DNA of 64,000 nucleotides. It comes from the human T2T-CHM13v2.0 reference genome, Homo sapiens. The notes below the pieces were generated by a model, which had not been told where the DNA came from, made no database searches, and worked only from the letters and a program-made list of their open reading frames with translations. A program made the position numbers and the translations under genes. Shown in pieces: positions 53,410-64,000 of the stretch. The stretch is from the NCBI RefSeq assembly GCF_009914755.1, contig NC_060948.1; one strand, written 5' to 3'. Every line of letters begins with the position of its first letter. Position 1 is the stretch's first letter.

Positions 53410-56400
53410 AAAATAGAATGAAAGAGAATCAAATGGAATTGAATCGAATGGAATCGAATGGATTGGAAAGGAATAGAATGGAATGGAATGGAATGGACTA
53501 GAATGGAATGGATTCGAATGGAAGGCAAAGGAATGGAATCTATTGGAATGGACTGTAATGGAATGGAATGGAAGGGATTGGAATGGACTCGAATGGAATG
53601 GACTGCAATAGAAAGGATTCGAATGGAATGAAAAATAATTGAATGGAATAGAACAGAATGGAATCAAATCGAATGAAATGGAATGGAATAGAAAGGAATG
53701 GAATGAAATGGAATGGAAAGGATTCGAATGGAATGCAATCGAATGGAATGGAATCGAACGGAATGGAATAAAATGGAAGAAAACTGGCAAGAAATGGAAT
53801 CGAAATGAATGGAGTGTTATGGAACGGACTCAAAAGGAATTGAATGTAATAGAATGGAGTGGAGTGGACTCGAATATAATGGACTGGAATGGAATGAAAT
53901 CACATGGAATGGGAACGAATGGAATGGAATGGAAAGGAATGGAATCGAATGGAAAGGAATCGAATGGAAGGGAATGAAATTGAATCAACAGGAATGGAAG
54001 GGAATAGAATAGACGGTAATGGAATGGACTCGAATAGAATGGACACGAATGCTCAAATTGAATGGACTCGAATGGAATGGAAACGAAAGGAATGTCATCG
54101 AATGGAATTGAATCGATTGGAATGAAATCGCATAGAATGGAGTGGAATCAAATGGAATTGAATCGAAAGGAAAGGAAGCGAATGGACTGAAATGAAATGG
54201 AATGGAATTGAATGGAAAGTAATGCAATGGAATAGAATGGAACGAAATTTCACGGAATGGAATCAAACTGAATGGAATCAAATCAATGGAATCTAATCAA
54301 ATGGAATGGAAAGGAATTGAATGGAGTAGATTGGATTGGATGGGATTGGAATGAAATGTACTGGAAAGGACTCGAATTTCATGAAACGGAATGGAATGAA
54401 TTGGAACGGAACGGACTCGAATGGAATGGAATGTCATGGAATGGCATCAAATGGAATGGCATCAAATGGAATGGAATCGAATGCAATGGAATGTTATGGA
54501 ATGGAATGGAATGCATTGGAATGGAATGTCCTCTAATGGAATGGATTCGAGTGGAATGGAATCGAATATAATGGAGTCGAATGAAATGGAATTGAAAGGA
54601 ATGGGATCGAATAGAATGGAATATACTGGAATGTAATGTAATGAACTCGAATGTTATTGACTGGAATGGAATGTACATGAATGGAAGGTAATCGAATGGA
54701 AAGTAATCCAATGGAATAGAATCTAATGCAATAAAATCGACTCAGATAGAGTAGAATGTAATGGAATGGAGTGCAGTGCAATGGAATGGAATGGAATTGA
54801 ATGCAATGCAATGGAATGGAATGGAATGGAATGGAATGGAATGGAATGGAATGGAATGGGATGGAATGGTATGGAATGGATAGTAATGGACTGGAGTGAA
54901 ATGGACTGGAAAGGAATGGACTCAAATTGAAAGGGCTCGAAAGGAATGGAGTCAAATGGAATGGTCTGGAATGGAATGAACACGAATGTAATGCAATCCA
55001 ATAGAATGGAATCGAATGGCATGGAATATAAAGAAATGGATTCGAAGAGAATGGAAACAAATGGAATGGAATTGAATGGAATGGAATTGAATGGAATGGG
55101 AACGAATGGAGTGAAATTGTATGCAGTAGAAGGGAATAGAATGGAATGCAAGCGAAAGGAAAGGAATGGATTGGAATGGAATGGAATTCATTGGAATGGA
55201 AGGGAATGTAGTGTAATGGACAGGCCTGGAATAAAGTGGAATGCTACGGTCTCGAATGGAATAAAAATGTATGGAATGGAATACAAAGAAACGGAATCGA
55301 ATGTCATAGAATGTAATGGAATGCAACAAAATGGAATCCAAAATCATTGACTGGAAAGGCTGGGTGTCGAAAGGAATTGACTCCAATGGAATGGAATCGA
55401 ATGGAATGGAAGTGAATAGAATCGAACTAAATCGAATGGAATGGAATTGATAGGAACGGAATGGAAAGGAATGCAATGATTTGGCATGGAATGGAATCGA
55501 ATGGCATCGAATGGAATGGAATGGAATGCAATGGAATGGAATGTATTAGAATGTAATGAACTTTAATGGAATGTACTCGAATGGATTCGACTGGAATGGA
55601 ATGTTCTGGAAGTGAATGGACTCCAATGGAATGGATTCAAAAGGAATGGAATCGTACGGAATGGAATCTAATGGAATGGAATTAAATGGAAATGAATCAA
55701 ATTGAATAGCACGGAATTGAATTGAATGGAATGGAATGCAATGGAATCTAATGAAACGGAAAGGAAAGGAATGGAATGGAATGGAATGGGCTGGAATGGA
55801 AAGGAATCGAAACGAATGGAATGGAATCGAACTGAAGAGACTGGAATGGAATGCACTGGAATGGAAGGGAGTGTAATGGAAGGTTCTCGAAAAAAATGGA
55901 ATCGAATGGAATGGAATTGAATGGAACGGAATAGAGTCGAATGGAATTGAATGGAATGGAATGGACTAGAGTGAAATGGAATTGAACCACAAGGAATGGA
56001 GAGGAATAGAATGGTCTCGAATTGAATGGAATCGTATGGAATGGCATCAAACGGAATGGAATGGACAGCCACGGAATGGAATGCACTCGAATGCAATGGA
56101 GTCGAAACTAATGGACTGGAATAGAATGGACTCGACTGGTACGGACTCCAATGGAATGGAATCGAATGGAAGGGAATCGAACGGAATGGACTCGAAGGGA
56201 AAAGACTGCAATGGAAAGGTCTCGAATGGAATGGAAATTAATGGAATGGAATGGAATCGAATGAAATGGAGTCAAAAGGAATGGAATCGAATGGCAAGAA
56301 ATCGAATGTAATGGAATCGCAAGGAATTGATGTGAACGGAACGGAATGGAATGGAATCCAAAGGAATGGAATAGAATGGAATGGAATCGAATGGAAAGGA

Positions 56401-56973
56401 CTCGAATGGAAATCACTCGAATAGAATGCAATTTAATAAAATAGGATCAAATGTAATGGAACGGAATGGAAAGGAATCGAAACGAAAGGAATGGAGACAG
56501 ATGGAATGGAATAGAACAGAGAGCAATGGTATAGAATGGAATGGAATCATCTGGAATGGAATTGAATGGAATGGAATAATATGAAATGGAATGGAATGGA
56601 ATGGAATGGAATGGAATGCCCTTGAATTAAATGGACTGGAATGGAATGGACTCGAACAGAGTGGAATGGAAAGTGTTGAGATAGAATGGAATGGACTCCT
56701 TTGGAATGGTGTAGTATGCAATGCAATCGACTGGCAGGGAATCAAAAGGAATGTAATCGAATGGATTGGACTGGAATGCAATGGACTCGAATAGATTGGA
56801 AACGGAATGCAAAGGAATGGAATGGAATAGTATGGAATGGAATGGAAAGGAATGGAGTGGAATAGACTAGAGTGGAATGGAATGGACTGGAAAGCAATGG
56901 ACTGGAATGGAACTTTCTTGAATGGACTGGAATCAAACGGAATGGAATGCAATGCAATCAAATGGCATGGAAT
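53410..56973 (+). repeat. DYZ1 unit 16 (3564 bp; 15-bp deletion near start)
   Basis: StuI at 55222; lacks the ACTCAAATGG segment near 53490. Confidence 0.92.
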
Positions 56974-59900
56974 AAAATAGAATGAAAGAGAATCAAATGG
57001 AATTGAATCGAATGGAATCGAATGGATTGGAAAGGAATAGAATGGAATGGAATGGAATGGACTCAAATGGAATGGACTAGAAAGGAATGGATTCGAATGG
57101 AAGGCAAAGGAATGGAATCTATTGGAATGGACTGTAATGGAATGGAATGGAAGGGATTGGAATGGACTCGAATGGAATGGACTGCAATAGAAAGGATTCG
57201 AATGGAATGAAAAAGAATTGAATGGAATAGAACAGAATGGAATCATATCGAATGAAATGGAACGGAATAGAAAGGAATGGAATGAAATGGAATGGAAAGG
57301 ATTCGAATGGAATGCAATCGAATGGAATGGAATCGAACGGAATGGAATAAAATGGAAGAAAACTGGCAAGAAATGGAATCGAAATGAATGGAGTGTTATG
57401 GAACGGACTCAAAAGGAATTGAATGTAATAGAATGGAGTGGAGTGGACTCGAATATAATGGACTGGAATGGAATGAAATCACATGGAATGGGAACGAATG
57501 GAATGGAATGGAAAGGAATGGAATCGAATGGAAAGGAATCGAATGGAAGGGAATGAAATTGAATCAACAGGAATGGAAGGGAATAGAATAGACGGTAATG
57601 GAATGGACTCGAATAGAATGGACACGAATGCTCAAATTGAATGGACTCGAATGGAATGGAAACGAAAGGAATGTCATCGAATGGAATTGAATCGATTGGA
57701 ATGAAATCGCATAGAATGGAGTGGAATCAAATGGAATTGAATCGAAAGGAAAGGAAGCGAATGGACTGAAATGAAATGGAATGGAATTGAATGGAAAGTA
57801 ATGCAATGGAATAGAATGGAACGAAATTTCACGGAATGGAATCAAACTGAATGGAATCAAATCAATGGAATCTAATCAAATGGAATGGAAAGGAATTGAA
57901 TGGAGTAGATTGGATTGGATGGGATTGGAATGAAATGTACTGGAAAGGACTCGAATTTCATGAAACGGAATGGAATGAATTGGAACGGAACGGACTCGAA
58001 TGGAATGGAATGTCATGGAATGGCATCAAATGGAATGGCATCAAATGGAATGGAATCGAATGCAATGGAATGTTATGGAATGGAATGGAATGCATTGGAA
58101 TGGAATGTCCTCTAATGGAATGGATTCGAGTGGAATGGAATCGAATATAATGGAGTCGAATGAAATGGAATTGAAAGGAATGGGATCGAATAGAATGGAA
58201 TATACTGGAATGTAATGTAATGAACTCGAATGTTATTGACTGGAATGGAATGTACATGAATGGAAGGTAATCGAATGGAAAGTAATCCAATGGAATAGAA
58301 TCTAATGCAATAAAATCGACTCAGATAGAGTAGAATGTAATGGAATGGAGTGCAGTGCAATGGAATGGAATGGAATTGAATGCAATGCAATGGAATGGAA
58401 TGGAATGGAATGGAATGGAATGGAATGGAATGGAATGGGATGGAATGGTATGGAATGGATAGTAATGGACTGGAGTGAAATGGACTGGAAAGGAATGGAC
58501 TCAAATTGAAAGGGCTCGAAAGGAATGGAGTCAAATGGAATGGTCTGGAATGGAATGAACACGAATGTAATGCAATCCAATAGAATGGAATCGAATGGCA
58601 TGGAATATAAAGAAATGGATTCGAAGAGAATGGAAACAAATGGAATGGAATTGAATGGAATGGAATTGAATGGAATGGGAACGAATGGAGTGAAATTGTA
58701 TGCAGTAGAAGGGAATAGAATGGAATGCAAGCGAAAGGAAAGGAATGGATTGGAATGGAATGGAATTCATTGGAATGGAAGGGAATGTAGTGTAATGGAC
58801 AGGCCTGGAATAAAGTGGAATGCTACGGTCTCGAATGGAATAAAAATGTATGGAATGGAATACAAAGAAACGGAATCGAATGTCATAGAATGTAATGGAA
58901 TGCAACAAAATGGAATCCAAAATCATTGACTGGAAAGGCTGGGTGTCGAAAGGAATTGACTCCAATGGAATGGAATCGAATGGAATGGAAGTGAATAGAA
59001 TCGAACTAAATCGAATGGAATGGAATTGATAGGAACGGAATGGAAAGGAATGCAATGATTTGGCATGGAATGGAATCGAATGGCATCGAATGGAATGGAA
59101 TGGAATGCAATGGAATGGAATGTATTAGAATGTAATGAACTTTAATGGAATGTACTCGAATGGATTCGACTGGAATGGAATGTTCTGGAAGTGAATGGAC
59201 TCCAATGGAATGGATTCAAAAGGAATGGAATCGTACGGAATGGAATCTAATGGAATGGAATTAAATGGAAATGAATCAAATTGAATAGCACGGAATTGAA
59301 TTGAATGGAATGGAATGCAATGGAATCTAATGAAACGGAAAGGAAAGGAATGGAATGGAATGGAATGGGCTGGAATGGAAAGGAATCGAAACGAATGGAA
59401 TGGAATCGAACTGAAGAGACTGGAATGGAATGCACTGGAATGGAAGGGAGTGTAATGGAAGGTTCTCGAAAAAAATGGAATCGAATGGAATGGAATTGAA
59501 TGGAACGGAATAGAGTCGAATGGAATTGAATGGAATGGAATGGACTAGAGTGAAATGGAATTGAACCACAAGGAATGGAGAGGAATAGAATGGTCTCGAA
59601 TTGAATGGAATCGTATGGAATGGCATCAAACGGAATGGAATGGACAGCCACGGAATGGAATGCACTCGAATGCAATGGAGTCGAAACTAATGGACTGGAA
59701 TAGAATGGACTCGACTGGTACGGACTCCAATGGAATGGAATCGAATGGAAGGGAATCGAACGGAATGGACTCGAAGGGAAAAGACTGCAATGGAAAGGTC
59801 TCGAATGGAATGGAAATTAATGGAATGGAATGGAATCGAATGAAATGGAGTCAAAAGGAATGGAATCGAATGGCAAGAAATCGAATGTAATGGAATCGCA

Positions 59901-60552
59901 AGGAATTGATGTGAACGGAACGGAATGGAATGGAATCCAAAGGAATGGAATAGAATGGAATGGAATCGAATGGAAAGGACTCGAATGGAAATCACTCGAA
60001 TAGAATGCAATTTAATAAAATAGGATCAAATGTAATGGAACGGAATGGAAAGGAATCGAAACGAAAGGAATGGAGACAGATGGAATGGAATAGAACAGAG
60101 AGCAATGGTATAGAATGGAATGGAATCATCTGGAATGGAATTGAATGGAATGGAATAATATGAAATGGAATGGAATGGAATGGAATGGAATGGAATGCCC
60201 TTGAATTAAATGGACTGGAATGGAATGGACTCGAACAGAGTGGAATGGAAAGTGTTGAGATAGAATGGAATGGACTCCTTTGGAATGGTGTAGTATGCAA
60301 TGCAATCGACTGGCAGGGAATCAAAAGGAATGTAATCGAATGGATTGGACTGGAATGCAATGGACTCGAATAGATTGGAAACGGAATGCAAAGGAATGGA
60401 ATGGAATAGTATGGAATGGAATGGAAAGGAATGGAGTGGAATAGACTAGAGTGGAATGGAATGGACTGGAAAGCAATGGACTGGAATGGAACTTTCTTGA
60501 ATGGACTGGAATCAAACGGAATGGAATGCAATGCAATCAAATGGCATGGAAT
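56974..60552 (+). repeat. DYZ1 unit 17 (3579 bp)
   Basis: StuI at 58801. Confidence 0.92.
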
Positions 60553-63500
60553 AAAATAGAATGAAAGAGAATCAAATGGAATTGAATCGAATGGAATCGA
60601 ATGGATTGGAAAGGAATAGAATGGAATGGAATGGAATGGACTCAAATGGAATGGACTAGAAAGGAATGGATTCGAATGGAAGGCAAAGGAATGGAATCTA
60701 TTGGAATGGACTGTAATGGAATGGAATGGAAGGGATTGGAATGGACTCGAATGGAATGGACTGCAATAGAAAGGATTCGAATGGAATGAAAAAGAATTGA
60801 ATGGAATAGAACAGAATGGAATCATATCGAATGAAATGGAACGGAATAGAAAGGAATGGAATGAAATGGAATGGAAAGGATTCGAATGGAATGCAATCGA
60901 ATGGAATGGAATCGAACGGAATGGAATAAAATGGAAGAAAACTGGCAAGAAATGGAATCGAAATGAATGGAGTGTTATGGAACGGACTCAAAAGGAATTG
61001 AATGTAATAGAATGGAGTGGAGTGGACTCGAATATAATGGACTGGAATGGAATGAAATCACATGGAATGGGAACGAATGGAATGGAATGGAAAGGAATGG
61101 AATCGAATGGAAAGGAATCGAATGGAAGGGAATGAAATTGAATCAACAGGAATGGAAGGGAATAGAATAGACGGTAATGGAATGGACTCGAATAGAATGG
61201 ACACGAATGCTCAAATTGAATGGACTCGAATGGAATGGAAACGAAAGGAATGTCATCGAATGGAATTGAATCGATTGGAATGAAATCGCATAGAATGGAG
61301 TGGAATCAAATGGAATTGAATCGAAAGGAAAGGAAGCGAATGGACTGAAATGAAATGGAATGGAATTGAATGGAAAGTAATGCAATGGAATAGAATGGAA
61401 CGAAATTTCACGGAATGGAATCAAACTGAATGGAATCAAATCAATGGAATCTAATCAAATGGAATGGAAAGGAATTGAATGGAGTAGATTGGATTGGATG
61501 GGATTGGAATGAAATGTACTGGAAAGGACTCGAATTTCATGAAACGGAATGGAATGAATTGGAACGGAACGGACTCGAATGGAATGGAATGTCATGGAAT
61601 GGCATCAAATGGAATGGCATCAAATGGAATGGAATCGAATGCAATGGAATGTTATGGAATGGAATGGAATGCATTGGAATGGAATGTCCTCTAATGGAAT
61701 GGATTCGAGTGGAATGGAATCGAATATAATGGAGTCGAATGAAATGGAATTGAAAGGAATGGGATCGAATAGAATGGAATATACTGGAATGTAATGTAAT
61801 GAACTCGAATGTTATTGACTGGAATGGAATGTACATGAATGGAAGGTAATCGAATGGAAAGTAATCCAATGGAATAGAATCTAATGCAATAAAATCGACT
61901 CAGATAGAGTAGAATGTAATGGAATGGAGTGCAGTGCAATGGAATGGAATGGAATTGAATGCAATGCAATGGAATGGAATGGAATGGAATGGAATGGAAT
62001 GGAATGGAATGGAATGGGATGGAATGGTATGGAATGGATAGTAATGGACTGGAGTGAAGTGGACTGGAAAGGAATGGACTCAAATTGAAAGGGCTCGAAA
62101 GGAATGGAGTCAAATGGAATGGTCTGGAATGGAATGAACACGAATGTAATGCAATCCAATAGAATGGAATCGAATGGCATGGAATATAAAGAAATGGATT
62201 CGAAGAGAATGGAAACAAATGGAATGGAATTGAATGGAATGGAATTGAATGGAATGGGAACGAATGGAGTGAAATTGTATGCAGTAGAAGGGAATAGAAT
62301 GGAATGCAAGCGAAAGGAAAGGAATGGATTGGAATGGAATGGAATTCATTGGAATGGAAGGGAATGTAGTGTAATGGACAGGCCTGGAATAAAGTGGAAT
62401 GCTACGGTCTCGAATGGAATAAAAATGTATGGAATGGAATACAAAGAAACGGAATCGAATGTCATAGAATGTAATGGAATGCAACAAAATGGAATCCAAA
62501 ATCATTGACTGGAAAGGCTGGGTGTCGAAAGGAATTGACTCCAATGGAATGGAATCGAATGGAATGGAAGTGAATAGAATCGAACTAAATCGAATGGAAT
62601 GGAATTGATAGGAACGGAATGGAAAGGAATGCAATGATTTGGCATGGAATGGAATCGAATGGCATCGAATGGAATGGAATGGAATGCAATGGAATGGAAT
62701 GTATTAGAATGTAATGAACTTTAATGGAATGTACTCGAATGGATTCGACTGGAATGGAATGTTCTGGAAGTGAATGGACTCCAATGGAATGGATTCAAAA
62801 GGAATGGAATCGTACGGAATGGAATCTAATGGAATGGAATTAAATGGAAATGAATCAAATTGAATAGCACGGAATTGAATTGAATGGAATGGAATGCAAT
62901 GGAATCTAATGAAACGGAAAGGAAAGGAATGGAATGGAATGGAATGGGCTGGAATGGAAAGGAATCGAAACGAATGGAATGGAATCGAACTGAAGAGACT
63001 GGAATGGAATGCACTGGAATGGAAGGGAGTGTAATGGAAGGTTCTCGAAAAAAATGGAATCGAATGGAATGGAATTGAATGGAACGGAATAGAGTCGAAT
63101 GGAATTGAATGGAATGGAATGGACTAGAGTGAAATGGAATCGAACCACAAGGAATGGACAGGAATAGAATGGTCTCGAATTGAATGGAATCGTATGGAAT
63201 GGCATCAAACGGAATGGAATGGACAGCCACGGAATGGAATGCACTCGAATGCAATGGAGTCGAAACTAATGGACTGGAATAGAATGGACTCGACTGGTAC
63301 GGACTCCAATGGAATGGAATCGAATGGAAGGGAATCGAACGGAATGGACTCGAAGGGAAAAGACTGCAATGGAAAGGTCTCGAATGGAATGGAAATTAAT
63401 GGAATGGAATGGAATCGAATGAAATGGAGTCAAAAGGAATGGAATCGAATGGCAAGAAATCGAATGTAATGGAATCGCAAGGAATTGATGTGAACGGAAC

Positions 63501-64000
63501 GGAATGGAATGGAATCCAAAGGAATGGAATAGAATGGAATGGAATCGAATGGAAAGGACTCGAATGGAAATCACTCGAATAGAATGCAATTTAATAAAAT
63601 AGGATCAAATGTAATGGAACGGAATGGAAAGGAATCGAAACGAAAGGAATGGAGACAGATGGAATGGAATAGAACAGAGAGCAATGGTATAGAATGGAAT
63701 GGAATCATCTGGAATGGAATTGAATGGAATGGAATAATATGAAATGGAATGGAATGGAATGGAATGGAATGGAATGCCCTTGAATTAAATGGACTGGAAT
63801 GGAATGGACTCGAACAGAGTGGAATGGAAAGTGTTGAGATAGAATGGAATGGACTCCTTTGGAATGGTGTAGTATGCAATGCAATCGACTGGCAGGGAAT
63901 CAAAAGGAATGTAATCGAATGGATTGGACTGGAATGCAATGGACTCGAATAGATTGGAAACGGAATGCAAAGGAATGGAATGGAATAGTATGGAATGGAA
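60553..64000 (+). repeat. DYZ1 unit 18 (truncated by window end)
   Basis: StuI at 62380; near-identical to unit 17 at offset 3579. Confidence 0.92.

Larger units (their letters stand above)
1..64000 (+). repeat. DYZ1: Human Satellite 3 array, DYZ1 (Yq12) family; degenerate (GGAAT)n with ~3.56 kb higher-order repeat
   Basis: Seen: continuous GGAAT-derived pentamers; unique landmarks recur every 3489-3584 bp (units 7, 8 and 16 = 3564 bp); one GGCC per unit. Knowledge: DYZ1 is a 3564-bp TTCCA-based unit cut once by HaeIII. The sequences TTGAATGGAATGGGAACGAATGG (1698-1720) and GGACAGGCCTGGAATAAAGTGGA (1829-1851) match, as recalled from memory, the classic Y1.2/Y1.1 DYZ1 sexing primers. Confidence 0.96.

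Noticed and set aside
1-64000. CRISPR-like or other repeat-spacer system
   Set aside because: No constant repeat with unique spacers and no cas-like ORFs; the variable pentamers are themselves repeated every unit.
1-64000. DYZ2/HSat1B blocks, Alu/L1 insertions or strand inversions
   Set aside because: No AT-rich Alu-containing block, poly(A) tail or CATTC-oriented segment seen anywhere.
1-64000. HSat2 or chr9-type HSat3 assignment
   Set aside because: The CATTCGATTC-dominated HSat2 pattern is lacking; the 3564-bp period with a single HaeIII site fits DYZ1.

Overview
The whole 64 kb window is one uninterrupted array of degenerate (GGAAT)n pentamer satellite in a single orientation (purine-rich on the + strand). 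It is organised as about 18 head-to-tail higher-order units of about 3.5-3.6 kb (17 complete, 3489-3584 bp, three exactly 3564 bp). Each unit has one HaeIII/StuI site (AGGCCT) and a nearby EcoRI site. This matches human Satellite 3, specifically DYZ1 of Yq12 heterochromatin. I found no credible genes, RNA genes, mobile elements, CRISPR arrays, DYZ2 blocks or inversions, and the listed ORFs are by-products of the pentamer periodicity. I see no new protein-coding system. The best functional candidate is a set of three perfect in-register heat-shock elements (nGAAnnTTCnnGAAn) per unit, about 52 in the window, on a dense background of TEAD-type GGAATG motifs. The main structural signals are nested 1-, 2- and 3-unit duplications, mosaic units, pentamer-quantised indels and CpG-deamination variants. 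All variant comparisons were made by eye and with the ORF track, not by alignment.
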